DNA from: Oscillospiraceae bacterium
Lineage (GTDB): Bacteria; Bacillota; Clostridia; Oscillospirales; Oscillospiraceae
Direction: 5' to 3'
Assembly: GCA_902785115.1 (NCBI GenBank)
Contig: CACZXQ010000001.1
Coordinates: forward strand, 1 to 57,001
Length of the DNA: 57,001 nt
Shown here: in pieces, positions 8,804-19,120 of the stretch
Position numbering within the stretch: the first letter of the stretch is position 1
How the letters are laid out: each line of letters starts with the position of its first letter
Notes under the pieces: model-generated
The model's database searches: none
Told to the model about the DNA's origin: nothing
Seen by the model: the letters and a program-made list of their open reading frames with translations, nothing else
Program-made: the position numbers and the translations under genes

Positions 8804-9465
8804 TGCAGTTCAAAGCCTCCTTCCGGCGCCTGATTGTTGTTTTCTCTCTCCCGGTAAGGGACTGTGCGTTCTTTCAGGAAGATCCCCAAGACAAGAGATG
8901 CAGAGAAAAGCAGGAGCAGGGCGTTGACAAGCGTGGCCGTGCTCCCGGCGTCGATCCATGTAGCGAGCAGAGTCATCAACGCTGTAGCCGCCATCAAAGA
9001 GCCGCCGTACAGACTGAGCCTGCGAAGGCGCTTCGCGCTGGATTTATACTCATAGATCGTCATGAAGGGCTTTCCCCATGTATACGAAATCAGGGCAAAC
9101 AGCATGAGAAGCAGGAATATCACAGAGAGCAGTCCCGGCGCGGCCACGTAAGGGCGGGTGTTGCTGACGATCGGAAGCACCAGACGCCAGAAATAGAGCG
9201 CCGTGCCTGCCAGATACAGCAGCCAGTACAGGGCTTTCAGGCGCAGCTGCTCCTTTTCGGGCATATCCCGCTGGATCCATGGGGCTGTGTAAACCCGCAC
9301 GATACGGGCCTTTCCGTTTTCGGTCTCTACTCTGGCCTCGGTATAGCCCTCAAAAAAGTCATGGTATCGGCTGCTGTGGCAAAAGCCGGTCTCCAGCTGG
9401 GACGAGTCATCCGCCCGTCCCCTGGATCGCACCTGATAAATATCTGTGATGTCCTTTTTTCTCAT
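8800..9465 (-). CDS. Hypothetical integral membrane protein
   Basis: ORF with 4 predicted hydrophobic helices. The start at 9465 (MRKKDITDIY) was chosen to avoid overlap with the upstream MBL gene. Confidence 0.6.
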   Translation of the reverse strand: MRKKDITDIYQVRSRGRADDSSQLETGFCHSSRYHDFFEGYTEARVETENGKARIVRVYTAPWIQRDMPEKEQLRLKALYWLLYLAGTALYFWRLVLPIVSNTRPYVAAPGLLSVIFLLLMLFALISYTWGKPFMTIYEYKSSAKRLRRLSLYGGSLMAATALMTLLATWIDAGSTATLVNALLLLFSASLVLGIFLKERTVPYRERENNNQAPEGGFELQ

Positions 9466-9482
9466 GCCGATTGCCCTCGTGT

Positions 9483-10388
9483 TCAATGCTGATGCAGCTT
9501 TGCGCAGTCAAAAATGACCAGCCGGCCAAACTTCCGCGTATGCATCATGATTTCATTGGGATCGTGCAGATGGATTTTCATGTCGCAGGGTCGAACCTTA
9601 AACCGATTATATACTGGTCTTCCGTCCAGGTATTCCTGCTCGGGCGGATGGTCGACAAATCCCATGCCCTCCTCGACCTCACCACCAGCTAAAATATACT
9701 CCAGCGTCTGGATATATTCAACAACCAGTTCCGGGCCGCAGGAGCCTCCCGGGCCGGGCCAGATCACATCAAACTCCGGGATGCGCGTCTCGAGACGCTT
9801 GAACTGCTGCAGCACATTCTCCACGCTGGTATTGATGCGTTTGAGAGGTGCCGCAAGCTCATCTCCCGAAAAGAGGATGCGCTCCCGGCTGTCCAGCAGC
9901 AGGATACTGCCGACTGCGTGATCCGGCATCTCAATGACCTCCAGCGTCCGTCCGCCCAGGTCGATGATGTCGCCGTCCTTGACGATCTCACGGGGATAAT
10001 CCCGCGGAAAGTCGATTCCCTCAAAGCTTGTAAAGGGGATAGTTGCCAACTCGCTGGTCGCCGCTGTCATGTAAGCCTCTTCGAAGTAGGCATTATTTGC
10101 GGTATGGTCAAAATGGTCGTGGGTGCTTACAATGCAGCGGACCGGCTTGTCTGTCAGCGTCTGGCAGTAGGCGCGGAGGTTGCCCGCGCCATAGCCGGAA
10201 TCAATGGCGATGGCTTCCTTGTCGCCCGCCACCAGATAGTGAGAATCCCCGTCGCTTCGGATTCGCCATGTATTGGGAGCGATAAGACTGGACTCATAGT
10301 ACGGCTCGTCCATAGGCAGGAGTTTCCCATCCTCACCACGGATCCACACGTCATGCTTGCAGGAAAAATCAATTCGTTTCACGCTCAT
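9483..10388 (-). CDS. MBL-fold metallo-hydrolase
   Basis: 301 aa with an STHDHFDH (HxHxDH) motif. RBS is GAGGCGG. Confidence 0.8.
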   Translation of the reverse strand: MSVKRIDFSCKHDVWIRGEDGKLLPMDEPYYESSLIAPNTWRIRSDGDSHYLVAGDKEAIAIDSGYGAGNLRAYCQTLTDKPVRCIVSTHDHFDHTANNAYFEEAYMTAATSELATIPFTSFEGIDFPRDYPREIVKDGDIIDLGGRTLEVIEMPDHAVGSILLLDSRERILFSGDELAAPLKRINTSVENVLQQFKRLETRIPEFDVIWPGPGGSCGPELVVEYIQTLEYILAGGEVEEGMGFVDHPPEQEYLDGRPVYNRFKVRPCDMKIHLHDPNEIMMHTRKFGRLVIFDCAKLHQH

Positions 10389-10401
10389 GGCTTACACCGC
10401 C

Positions 10402-11349
10402 TCAGTTGATCTCGTTGACACGGCAGCAGGAGACAAAGTGGCCATCCTTGGCCTCAACAAGCTGCTGCGGCTGGCGGCAGGCCTCGGTGGCATAGGGGCA
10501 GCGGGCCGCAAAGCGGCAGCCGGGCGCGGGGTTGATGGCCGAAGTGATTTCGCCCTTGAGCTGGATGCGCTGCATGGGATGCATAATGTCGGTGCTGGGG
10601 ATAGCGGAGAGCAGCGCCTTGGTGTAGGGGTGCAGGGGCTGATCGAACAGCTCCTTGGCCGGGCAGGTCTCCACCAACTGACCCAGATACATGACGCAGA
10701 TATCATCGGAAATATGCCGAACGACAGAGAGGTCATGGGTAACGAACATATAGGTAAGCTGGTATTTTTCCTGCAGATCCATCAGAAGGTTCAGAACCTG
10801 TGCCTGAATGGACACGTCCAGTGCGGAGACCGGCTCGTCACACATGATGAACTGCGGGTTGAGTGCCAGGGCGCGGGCGATACCCACACGCTGGCGGCGT
10901 CCGCCGTCCATCTCATGGGGGAAGGCCAGGCGAAGACGTTCTTCCACGCCGACCAGATCCATCATTGCCTCGGTGCGCTCCTCGATCTCTTTCTTGGAGA
11001 AACGGTGCGCCTGCTGCAGAGGCTCCATGATGGTGGCCTCCACGGTCATGCGGGGGTTCAGAGAGGAATAGGGATCCTGAAAAACGATGGACATTTTCTC
11101 GCGCAGCTCACGCAGCTTCTTGCCCTTGGCGAAGGTGATGTCCTCACCGTCAAGGCGAACCACGCCGCTGGTGGCATCATGAAGGCGGATGATGGTTCTG
11201 CCCAGCGTGGACTTGCCGCAGCCGGACTCACCGACGACGCCCATCGTATGGCCCTTTTCGATTTTGAAGGTGATATCGTCAACTGCGTGGTTCACACCGG
11301 CAGCGACATTAAAGTATTTCTTCAGATGTTCAACTTCGATCAGCGCCAT
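10402..11349 (-). CDS. oppF: Oligopeptide/dipeptide-type ABC transporter ATP-binding protein (OppF-like)
   Basis: Walker A GESGCGKST and the LSGG-like signature FPHEMDGGRRQR. The C-terminal oligopeptide-type extension carries Cys residues. Start trimmed to MALIEVEHLKKYF. Confidence 0.9.
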   Translation of the reverse strand: MALIEVEHLKKYFNVAAGVNHAVDDITFKIEKGHTMGVVGESGCGKSTLGRTIIRLHDATSGVVRLDGEDITFAKGKKLRELREKMSIVFQDPYSSLNPRMTVEATIMEPLQQAHRFSKKEIEERTEAMMDLVGVEERLRLAFPHEMDGGRRQRVGIARALALNPQFIMCDEPVSALDVSIQAQVLNLLMDLQEKYQLTYMFVTHDLSVVRHISDDICVMYLGQLVETCPAKELFDQPLHPYTKALLSAIPSTDIMHPMQRIQLKGEITSAINPAPGCRFAARCPYATEACRQPQQLVEAKDGHFVSCCRVNEIN

Positions 11350-11350
11350 C

Positions 11351-12325
11351 TTACTTCGCCTCCTTCTTCTCCGCCTGAATGCAGCGGACAAAGTGTCCCA
11401 GAGTAATCTCTACGTTCGGCATCTTTCCGCTGCGGCAGGCATCGGTCGCCTTGGGGCAGCGCGGTGCAAAGGGGCAGCCGTCGGGAAGCTTGGTGGGATC
11501 GGGCGGCAGACCGCTGATGGGTTTAAGCCGCTTGGAATCGTCATCCAGCTTGGGAATGGAGCCGAAAAGGCCATGGGTGTAGGGGTGCGTCGGGTTGAGG
11601 AACAAATCCTCTTTCGTGCCGCTCTCCATGATGTACCCGGCATAAACAATGGCCACCTTGTCACAGGTCTCCGCCACAACGCCCAGGTCATGGGTGATGA
11701 GAATCATGGTCGTGGAGTACTTCTTCTGCAGATCGCTGATCATCTCCAGCACCTGCGCCTGGATCGTCACATCCAGAGCGGTCGTGGGCTCGTCCGCCAG
11801 CAGGAGCTCCGGTTCACAGGCCAGGGCCATAGCAATCACGACGCGCTGCTTCATGCCGCCGGAGAACTGATGAGGATACTCCACATAGCGTTGCCGGGGA
11901 ATACCGACCATCTCCAGTATCTCGCAGGTACGCTCCACCGCTTCCTTCTGGCTGATCTTGTTGTGAAGCAGGATCACCTCGGTAATCTGGCTTCCAACCG
12001 ACATAATGGGGTTGAGCGCGGTCATCGGATCCTGGAAGATCATCGAGATCTTCTTGCCGCGGATTGTCAGGAGCTTCTTTTCGGGCATTTTGATGACGTC
12101 CTCGCCCTCCAGGAGGATCTCTCCGCCGCGGATCTTGGCAGGAGGATCGGGAAGGATCTGCAAAATCGCCTTCGCAATGGTGGTTTTGCCGGCACCGGTC
12201 TCACCGACGAGTCCCAGCGTTTCGCCTTTTTCCAGCTTGAAGCTGACGCCGTTGACCGCCTGCACGATCTGGCCGCCGGAGGAGTATTCAACAACCAGAT
12301 CTTTTACATTCAAAAATTCGCTCAT
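11351..12325 (-). CDS. oppD: Oligopeptide/dipeptide-type ABC transporter ATP-binding protein (OppD-like)
   Basis: Walker A GETGAGKT, signature QFSGGMKQR and Walker [13 protein letters not shown]. Confidence 0.9.
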   Translation of the reverse strand: MSEFLNVKDLVVEYSSGGQIVQAVNGVSFKLEKGETLGLVGETGAGKTTIAKAILQILPDPPAKIRGGEILLEGEDVIKMPEKKLLTIRGKKISMIFQDPMTALNPIMSVGSQITEVILLHNKISQKEAVERTCEILEMVGIPRQRYVEYPHQFSGGMKQRVVIAMALACEPELLLADEPTTALDVTIQAQVLEMISDLQKKYSTTMILITHDLGVVAETCDKVAIVYAGYIMESGTKEDLFLNPTHPYTHGLFGSIPKLDDDSKRLKPISGLPPDPTKLPDGCPFAPRCPKATDACRSGKMPNVEITLGHFVRCIQAEKKEAK

Positions 12326-12340
12326 GTTGTCGTCTCCTCC

Positions 12341-13213
12341 TTAATCTTTCAGTCTGGGATCCATCGCATCGCGCAAACCGTCACCGAAAAGGTTGAAGGC
12401 CAGCACCGTCAGCGCGATGGCAATGCCCGGATACACCAGCAGATAGGGGTGGTTCAGGATGTAGCTCTTGCCGTCGGAGAGCATGGCGCCCCATTCCGGC
12501 ATGGGCGGCTGAATGCCGAGGCCAATGTAGGAAAGGCTCGCGGCCTCCATGATGGTGCTGCCGATGTGCATCGTCGTACCGACGATCGTCGGGGAGAGAA
12601 CATTGGGCACCATATGCTTGAAGATGATCTTGAAGTCGCTGCTGTTCATGGCGCGGGCCGCTTCAAGATAGTCCATTTCCCGCTCCTTGAGCACCATGGC
12701 GCGGGTGCCGCGAATGCTGCCGGGAATTCCGCCTACCGTCAGAGCGATGACGGTTTGGATAAAGCCTGGGCCAAGTGCCGTTGAAATCAGAATGGCAAGC
12801 AGCATACTGGGAATCGCCTGCCAGATATCCATGACACGCATCGAGATATTGTCGACCTTGCCGCCGTAATAACCGAAGATGGCGCCGAAGAAGATGCCGA
12901 GCACCATGCCGATCAGGGAAACCAGGATGCCCAGAGCCAGACTGTAGCGCCCGCCGTAGAGCAGACGGCAGAGCACATCGCGTCCCAACTTGTCGCATCC
13001 GAAGGGATGCTGCAGAGAGGGCTCGGCAAAGACGGCTTTAGGATCCATCTTGGTGGGGCTGTAGGGAGTCAACAGAGGAGCGGCAATACAGGCCAGGATC
13101 AGAAGTACAAGCAGGATCAGGCCGAACATTGCGACCTTATCCTTTGCCAAGCGTTTCATCGTTGCGCTGAAATTACTTTCTTTGCGCTTTTTCTTTGTCT
13201 TTTCCGCGCTCAC
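12341..13213 (-). CDS. oppC: ABC transporter permease (OppC-like)
   Basis: 290 aa, multi-TM, with the EAA-like loop YLEAARAMNSSDFKIIFKHMVPN. Confidence 0.9.
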   Translation of the reverse strand: MSAEKTKKKRKESNFSATMKRLAKDKVAMFGLILLVLLILACIAAPLLTPYSPTKMDPKAVFAEPSLQHPFGCDKLGRDVLCRLLYGGRYSLALGILVSLIGMVLGIFFGAIFGYYGGKVDNISMRVMDIWQAIPSMLLAILISTALGPGFIQTVIALTVGGIPGSIRGTRAMVLKEREMDYLEAARAMNSSDFKIIFKHMVPNVLSPTIVGTTMHIGSTIMEAASLSYIGLGIQPPMPEWGAMLSDGKSYILNHPYLLVYPGIAIALTVLAFNLFGDGLRDAMDPRLKD

Positions 13214-14182
13214 TCAGGCCACCTCCTTCTGCTTGCTCTTTTTCTTGGAAGAATTCACATATTGAGCCTTGATACGGGGATCCAGGAAGGCATACACCAG
13301 ATCGACCACCAGCATCGCCAGTGTCGAGAAAATCGCGAGGATCAGAATGCAGCCGCGGACAACGGGATAGTCCAGGGCATTGATACCGGCCAGCATATAG
13401 TAGCCGATGCCGGGGAACTGGAACACGGACTCAATGACGACCGTGCCTCCTATGGCCATGGCAAAGGTGCCGCCGAGAAGGTTGATGATGGGGATCATGG
13501 CGTTAGGGAGCATGTGCTTGTAGATGACGCTGCGCTCCAGCACGCCCTTGGAGCGAGCCGTCGTAACGAAGTCTGCGCGGATGGTCTCCAGCACGGCGCT
13601 TCTGGTCTGCCGGGCGTTCATGGCAATGCCGCCGACAGAGCCCGCGATCACAGGCATGATCCAGTACTCGATACCGCCAAATCCGTAGGGCGGGAGCCAG
13701 CCGAGCTTCAGGGAAAACAGAATAACCATCAGCAGTGCCAGCCAGAACTGGGGAACGGACACACCTGCCATGGCCAGGATCATCAGGCCATGATCCGTGA
13801 TCGAATTGCGCTTAAGCGCGCACATAATGCCGAGGGGAATACCGACGACCGCGCTGATCACCATGCAGAGCAGGCCGAGGATCAGGGTGCGCGGAAGACG
13901 GGCAGCAAATTCTTCAATGACAGGGACGTGGAAACTGTAGGAAGTCCCCAGATCCAGTCGCAGGAAGGTATCGCGCAAATAGCGCACAAGCTGAACAACA
14001 AAGGGATCATGCAGGCCGAGCTGTTCCTCATAGGCATAGACCTCGGCCTCTGTTGCGGTGTTACCGAGAATCAGCTTGCCCGGACTGCCCGGAACAAAGT
14101 ACATAATAGTGAAGATCAGGATGGCGACAACGATGGTTGTCAGGACGAGCCAACCCAGACGCTTCAGTACATACCGGCTCAT
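13214..14182 (-). CDS. oppB: ABC transporter permease (OppB-like)
   Basis: MSRYVLKRLGW N-terminus after AAAGGAG, and the loop DFVTTARSKGVLERSVIYKHMLPNA. Confidence 0.9.
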   Translation of the reverse strand: MSRYVLKRLGWLVLTTIVVAILIFTIMYFVPGSPGKLILGNTATEAEVYAYEEQLGLHDPFVVQLVRYLRDTFLRLDLGTSYSFHVPVIEEFAARLPRTLILGLLCMVISAVVGIPLGIMCALKRNSITDHGLMILAMAGVSVPQFWLALLMVILFSLKLGWLPPYGFGGIEYWIMPVIAGSVGGIAMNARQTRSAVLETIRADFVTTARSKGVLERSVIYKHMLPNAMIPIINLLGGTFAMAIGGTVVIESVFQFPGIGYYMLAGINALDYPVVRGCILILAIFSTLAMLVVDLVYAFLDPRIKAQYVNSSKKKSKQKEVA

Positions 14183-14206
14183 GTGAGCACTCCTTTCCAA
14201 TTAAAA

Positions 14207-14239
14207 CCGCGCCGCCGCGGCCCAGGCCTGGCGGCGCGG
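14207..14239 (-). terminator. Intercistronic GC stem-loop after the SBP gene (partial terminator / mRNA stabiliser)
   Basis: CCGCGCCGCC...GGCGGCGCGG, followed on the minus strand by TTTTAATT. Confidence 0.5.
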
Positions 14240-14263
14240 AGAATCAAGAGCTGCCGAAGCGAA

Positions 14264-15949
14264 TCAGTTGCTGAAGCAGCAGGCGCCGGGAACAATGTAA
14301 CCCTTGTCGGTCTTGAAGACGCGGGTCATGTTATCGGGGTAAATCAGGTTGTTGTTGCTCATGCACATTGCCTTGGCATAGGCGTTGTCATCCACATACT
14401 GCAGGAAGGACGCCAGATTTTCGTCGGTGTGGGTGTCGAGCGTCATGCAGGTGTGGAGCAGATCCTGGAAGTACTGGTCGTTGATGAAGTTTTCGGTCAT
14501 ACCGTTGCTGCGGCCGTCGGCATCGAGCAGGTGAGACCAGAAGTTGACCACATAGTCGTCTGCGGCCATGAACTGATAGAAAATATCCCACTGAGTCGGA
14601 TCGGACTTCATGGTGTTGCAGGTGCCGCCGTCCATGACGTTCAGTTTGACATTGATACCGTAGGCGGAAAGCAGACCCTGGATGACCTCGGCATACTCGC
14701 CGCAGAAGGTGGCGGTCAGGAGCTGCAGCTCTTCACCGTTGTAGTTGGCTTCCTTCAGGAGGGCAGCGATCTCAGCCTCGTCCGCGGGCTTGTACAGACT
14801 GTAAGCATACTCCCAGTCGGGATCGTAGTCGGCATAGAAGTTGTTGCCGAGAGTCTTGCAGCCGACCTGACCGTTGCCGACGAAAGCGGCAAGAGCGTCG
14901 TTATCGATCGCCATCAAAATCGCCTTGCGCAGGGCGACGTTGGAGCAGGGGCTTGCAGGGTCGCAGTTGCAGTAGGCATAAACCATCATGTTGTTCTGCG
15001 TGGAGTAGACATTGAAGTTGTATCCATCCGCAGTCAGCTGAGCCATGTTGTCCTCGCCGAATTTCTCAGCCAGGTCAATCTTGCCGGTCTCAAGGCCAAT
15101 GATCTTCTGTGTATTCTCACCAATGACAGACAGCGTGATGGTCTTGACATTGGCCTGCTGAAGCTGGGCGCGAAGCTCATCGTTGGTCTGCCAGTAATCA
15201 TCGCGCTTGGTTACGGTCAGCTCGGTGCTGGCGATAAAGTTGGTGACCACGTAGGGGCCGGTGCCGCAGGCATCGTTGGCCAGGCCACTGCGGCTCTCCT
15301 TATAGGCCTCTTCCGAGAAGATAAAGGTGCGGCAGATGATGTTCTGCAGCTCGCCCATACGGTTGAGCTCACGCTCACAGTGGAGAACGATAGTGGTGTC
15401 GTCAATGACTTCCTCGCTGAGGAAGGAGCCCCAGCCAGACTCAAAGCCACCATCGCGGGCCATGTCGAAGCTGAACTTTACGTCGTCCGCGGTAATTTTG
15501 TGGCCGGCAGAGTCGGTGATGTAGTCATAGATGTAGATGGTGTAGTCGCTGCTGCCCTCTTCATGGTCCATACCAGGCAGGTAGCTGCCGCGGGTGGCGT
15601 CAGCCAGAACCGCATAATACTCGCCGTTGGCATCCACACCGTAGAGCATCTCGTAGACCTCATAGGCGATGCCAGGGGTCAGGGTACGCACATCCCAGGG
15701 GACCAGAGCGGTGATATCGGTGTCCTGGATGTAGGTCAGGTGGTCGATCTCGACGCTGTTGTCGTAATCGGTGCCGACGAGGCTTTCGTCATTGTTTGCA
15801 GCCAGAGGATTCTCAATTCCGTTTTCTCCCTGAGACTGCTCCTGAGCAGCGGGCTCCGTGGAGCTAGCTGTACTGCCTCCATTGCTGCCGCACGCCGCCA
15901 GGCCAAGGACCATGACTAGCGCGAGCAAGAACGCAAGTGCCTTCTTCAT
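14264..15949 (-). CDS. ABC transporter substrate-binding lipoprotein, family 5 (peptide/oligosaccharide type)
   Basis: 561 aa with a signal peptide and lipobox LGLAACGS. It has family-5 SBP size and position at the head of the opp-type operon. Confidence 0.85.
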   Translation of the reverse strand: MKKALAFLLALVMVLGLAACGSNGGSTASSTEPAAQEQSQGENGIENPLAANNDESLVGTDYDNSVEIDHLTYIQDTDITALVPWDVRTLTPGIAYEVYEMLYGVDANGEYYAVLADATRGSYLPGMDHEEGSSDYTIYIYDYITDSAGHKITADDVKFSFDMARDGGFESGWGSFLSEEVIDDTTIVLHCERELNRMGELQNIICRTFIFSEEAYKESRSGLANDACGTGPYVVTNFIASTELTVTKRDDYWQTNDELRAQLQQANVKTITLSVIGENTQKIIGLETGKIDLAEKFGEDNMAQLTADGYNFNVYSTQNNMMVYAYCNCDPASPCSNVALRKAILMAIDNDALAAFVGNGQVGCKTLGNNFYADYDPDWEYAYSLYKPADEAEIAALLKEANYNGEELQLLTATFCGEYAEVIQGLLSAYGINVKLNVMDGGTCNTMKSDPTQWDIFYQFMAADDYVVNFWSHLLDADGRSNGMTENFINDQYFQDLLHTCMTLDTHTDENLASFLQYVDDNAYAKAMCMSNNNLIYPDNMTRVFKTDKGYIVPGACCFSN

Positions 15950-16036
15950 TTGTTGTTCTCCTTTTCGTTTTATATTTTTCTCTGCGCTGTGCGGAGTAGG
16001 ATCATGAGTTTATGGTAGCAACCAGATTTATTTTTC

Positions 16037-16077
16037 GCAATTCCGATTAAACCCCGGAAACGCAAAATTGGAATTAC
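16037..16077. promoter_or_regulatory. Island dyad site 2 plus promoter of the SBP/opp operon
   Basis: GCAATTCCGATT-N17-AATTGGAATTAC. The minus strand reads AATCGGAATTGCGA-N17-TACCAT, with the -35 at 16035-16040 and the -10 at 16012-16017. Confidence 0.6.
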
Positions 16078-16103
16078 CTCAAATGCCCCCGCCGGCAGCT
16101 TTA

Positions 16104-17423
16104 TCAAGCGTATTTTTCCTTTGCCTTACGCAGGCTGCTGAGCGCATCCTTGGCGAAGCGCTCGGCGGTGCCCTTGGCATAGCGGCTCTTTCTGGACTGG
16201 AAGCTGATGCGGTCATAGAACAGCTCTTCCGGCAGATAGCCGCCGCCTTTTGTGGTAAACTCGAGAATCAGCGTATGCGCGAAAGGCGATTCGGACTTGA
16301 TCCTTTCCGCCGTCTCATAGCAGAGCTCAACGCCGCAGGCCAATACAGCGATCTCGCCCAGCTGCAGTACTGCGATTTCCGCTTCCTGCTCGCCGTCCTC
16401 CAGGTATTCGCACTCCCGCGTCGGCTCGCCGCCGCCAAACCCGGTCGAGGCCCGCTGTCCCGGATAGTGGAAGCAATAATAGTCCAGGTGGGGATCCAGC
16501 TCGGCTGCCGTTTCCTGGATGCTGTCCGAGGCTTTTACCACCTGCTCACCGAGGCGGGTCGCCAGCACGTCCATCAGCGCGAAGCCGGCCATGCCCAGGT
16601 CTTCCACGACCTGTTCGCCCTCTCTGGTCAGATAATCCTTTCTGGCCCGCAGAGCCTGCCACTGATCGCCGGTAAAACCGGTGAGATAAGCGGATACCGC
16701 CGAACCGCCGTAGGCCATATCGACAAAACGCTCGGAGGCTCCGGCCAGGTCGCCGGAGATCAGGCGGCCTCCGTTTACCTCGGAAAACTCCATGCAGCCC
16801 GGGGCCACATTGCAGTTATAGAGGATCGCAATGGGATCGCCGCTTGTGCTGTTAAAGCGCAAAACCGGCACGCGCTGATCGGTAGGGCCGTCCTGGTTGA
16901 CGCCCTGCCACCAGCCGTTTCGCGTCTCCACCACGCGGTTGACGGTCACGGCCGCATGGGCTTCCGCATAGCCCAAGGAAGCAGGCTGCAGGTTTTCTTT
17001 TGCCAGTCGGCAGGCCGCTTTGACTGCGTCCGCATAGGCCTGAACCATCAGGTTCTCCCGCTGCATATAGAGCATGGCCTCGCCTTCCCCGACTGCCATC
17101 CGCTTGTGCATGGGATCTTCCATCCATTCTTTTACGGACTGCCAGCGGCGGATGTGAGGGGTGGCCAGCGTGTGGGTTGCATGCAGAAGAATCTGCTGTT
17201 TGGGAAGACCCAATTCGTTGGCGGCAACATCCAACAGTTCATCCTTGCAGTCCATAATGACGATGCCGACGGAGAGAAGAGCGAAGCTGTCTTTTCCACG
17301 CAGAACGATCGCCTGCACCAGCGGCAGATCGTGTATCCCGGTGTAATTCTCTCCCAAGGTGGGCAACATCGCCTCGGTAAAGGCAATCTCGGCTCGCCCC
17401 GCGCCGCAAAAAAGTTGACTCAT
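16104..17423 (-). CDS. Uncharacterised 439-aa cytoplasmic protein (possibly neutral/alkaline-ceramidase-like fold; weak)
   Basis: Clean ORF with AGGAGAA RBS. The family assignment rests only on a by-eye resemblance. Confidence 0.6.
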   Translation of the reverse strand: MSQLFCGAGRAEIAFTEAMLPTLGENYTGIHDLPLVQAIVLRGKDSFALLSVGIVIMDCKDELLDVAANELGLPKQQILLHATHTLATPHIRRWQSVKEWMEDPMHKRMAVGEGEAMLYMQRENLMVQAYADAVKAACRLAKENLQPASLGYAEAHAAVTVNRVVETRNGWWQGVNQDGPTDQRVPVLRFNSTSGDPIAILYNCNVAPGCMEFSEVNGGRLISGDLAGASERFVDMAYGGSAVSAYLTGFTGDQWQALRARKDYLTREGEQVVEDLGMAGFALMDVLATRLGEQVVKASDSIQETAAELDPHLDYYCFHYPGQRASTGFGGGEPTRECEYLEDGEQEAEIAVLQLGEIAVLACGVELCYETAERIKSESPFAHTLILEFTTKGGGYLPEELFYDRISFQSRKSRYAKGTAERFAKDALSSLRKAKEKYA

Positions 17424-17495
17424 TTTCAGTTCTCCTATCGTGTAATAAAGGAAATTTACGGCTTAACCTGGAAAAAGGTCAAAAAATGTGCTATT

Positions 17496-18047
17496 TTATT
17501 CTTTAGAATGCGGCATAAGCTTGCTGAGTGCGTCCCAGACCCACATGACCGCAAGGCAGATCACCGCGGTTGCGACGGTGCTGAGGAAGAACATCAGACC
17601 GTAGCCATAGCAACTTTTACCCATGTTTGCATACATGGCGCCACGGAAGGTAAAAACAGTCAGTGCGAGAGAAACAGCGCCGAGCTTGCATTGAACGTAC
17701 ATTTTCCCGGTGAGTTTTTCGGCTACCAGCATTCCAACGGTGCCGAGCCCCAACAGCAGGCAGACCAGCAGATCGCTGCCGAACAGCTTGTCAAGGAACA
17801 CGACAAGGAACCCGAAAGCTACGCCGATCCCGATGATCAGGCAGCGGGCAAGTCCCGCTTCCCAGGTTTTTTTCCAGCTGTGCTCCGTAATAAAAACAGC
17901 CGCGATGGTCATAACGCAGATATTCAGATACTTGTCTGTACCCGGGATCGCCCTGAGCAGCAGCATATAAACCAGGGCAGTCACCGCCGCGTTTACACCT
18001 GCTCGAACATCAATCTCTCTGAGGCCCTTTTCCGGTTTTGGTGGCAT
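17496..18047 (-). CDS. Hypothetical integral membrane protein (183 aa, about 5 TM helices)
   Basis: GGAGGAG RBS. It is transcribed divergently from the LysR gene. Confidence 0.65.
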   Translation of the reverse strand: MPPKPEKGLREIDVRAGVNAAVTALVYMLLLRAIPGTDKYLNICVMTIAAVFITEHSWKKTWEAGLARCLIIGIGVAFGFLVVFLDKLFGSDLLVCLLLGLGTVGMLVAEKLTGKMYVQCKLGAVSLALTVFTFRGAMYANMGKSCYGYGLMFFLSTVATAVICLAVMWVWDALSKLMPHSKE

Positions 18048-18105
18048 AATTAACTCCTCCTCTGTTAATTGGTGTCTCCTTTATAAAGCACAGATCCGCC
18101 TTTCA

Positions 18106-18144
18106 GCAATTCCGTTTCCGAGTATGCTTTTTGAAAAACGAATC
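18106..18144. promoter_or_regulatory. Island dyad site 3 in the LysR / membrane-protein divergent region
   Basis: GCAATTCCGTTT-N18-AAACGAATC. The minus strand reads AAACGGAATTGCTG-N17-TTATAA, with the -35 at 18104-18109 and the -10 at 18081-18086. Confidence 0.5.
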
Positions 18145-18184
18145 ATTTAACCCAAAAATCAAAAGGAAAACAGGAGGCTCCCCC

Positions 18185-19060
18185 ATGGAACTAGAACATG
18201 TGATCGAATTTGTAGCGCTTGCGGATACGTTGAACTATCACAAAGCGGCGGACAAGCTCTTTATCTCACAATCTTCGCTCTCCAAACACATCAAAACGCT
18301 CGAGCGGGATCTTGGCGTCCCTCTGTTTGATCGGAACGTCGGCGGCGTGATGGCGACGGAGTTTGGGAAACTCTTCTATCCCTATGCCAAAAAGATTGCG
18401 CAGCTGTACTCGGATTATCAGACCGACGCGGAACTGAAGCTGCATAGTCTCAGCGGCAGTGTAAGTCTTGGAACGGAATATGATATCAGCCGACTGCTCT
18501 GCGCATTTAAAACAGAGAACCCGGATTTCGTCGTCAAGGTGTTTGATAACCCCGCTTCCAAACTGGTCAAGCGCGGACTGCGGCTCGGAGAATTTGAGCT
18601 TGCGGTCATGCATGAGGACACAGAAACCAACAACGAATTCAACAGTATCCCTTTCTGCACGGAGGAATTGGTTCTGGCTGTATCTTCCCGGGACTCGCTG
18701 GCAAGACAGGAGGGGCCGATCACGTTGGCTTCTCTGAAAGAAAAGCATTTTATTCTTCCGTCTGAGCAGGGAATGCTCTACCAGATCATCAAGCGCTGCT
18801 GCCGTGAGCGCGGTCTGAACCCGGTTTCGGTCTGTTCCGGTCTCTCGGTAGGCCGCATTCTGGATTTGGTTTCGGCCGGCGTCGGTATTGCCCTCGTACC
18901 CAAATTGGATGCCCAACTGCGAGACACACCCAATGTGACTCTGTTGGAACTGAATCAGGGATATCCGATCAAGCTCAACCTCTATTTCCGAAAGGATGTG
19001 GAATTCTCTCCCGGCGCCATGCGATTTATCAGCTTCATGCAGAAATATCGGCAGCAATAA
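18185..19060 (+). CDS. LysR-family transcriptional regulator
   Basis: MELEHVIEFVALADTLNYHKAADKLFISQSSLSKHIKTLE HTH after AGGAGG, followed by a substrate-binding domain. Start trimmed from the TTG in the ORF track. Confidence 0.9.
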   Translation: MELEHVIEFVALADTLNYHKAADKLFISQSSLSKHIKTLERDLGVPLFDRNVGGVMATEFGKLFYPYAKKIAQLYSDYQTDAELKLHSLSGSVSLGTEYDISRLLCAFKTENPDFVVKVFDNPASKLVKRGLRLGEFELAVMHEDTETNNEFNSIPFCTEELVLAVSSRDSLARQEGPITLASLKEKHFILPSEQGMLYQIIKRCCRERGLNPVSVCSGLSVGRILDLVSAGVGIALVPKLDAQLRDTPNVTLLELNQGYPIKLNLYFRKDVEFSPGAMRFISFMQKYRQQ

Positions 19061-19082
19061 TAAAGAGAATCCTTGCAAAAAA

Positions 19083-19119
19083 GAATCGCCTGAACTGACT
19101 GTTCGGGCGGTTCTTTTTT
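19083..19119. terminator. Bidirectional terminator between the LysR gene and pgmB
   Basis: GAATCGCCTGAAC...GTTCGGGCGGTTC followed by TTTTTT. Confidence 0.6.
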
Positions 19120-19120
19120 A

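Noticed and set aside
13007-15919. 970-aa plus-strand ORF, the longest ORF in the left half
   Set aside because: It is antisense to oppC, oppB and the SBP gene, all of which have clear family motifs and RBSs. The translated sequence is low-complexity (G/A/V/D/H/L-rich) and typical of the stop-poor antisense frame of high-GC genes. It has no RBS.
16068-18053. 661-aa plus-strand ORF
   Set aside because: It is antisense to two well-supported minus-strand genes (16104-17423 and 17496-18047) and spans their intergenic region. It has no recognisable domains.
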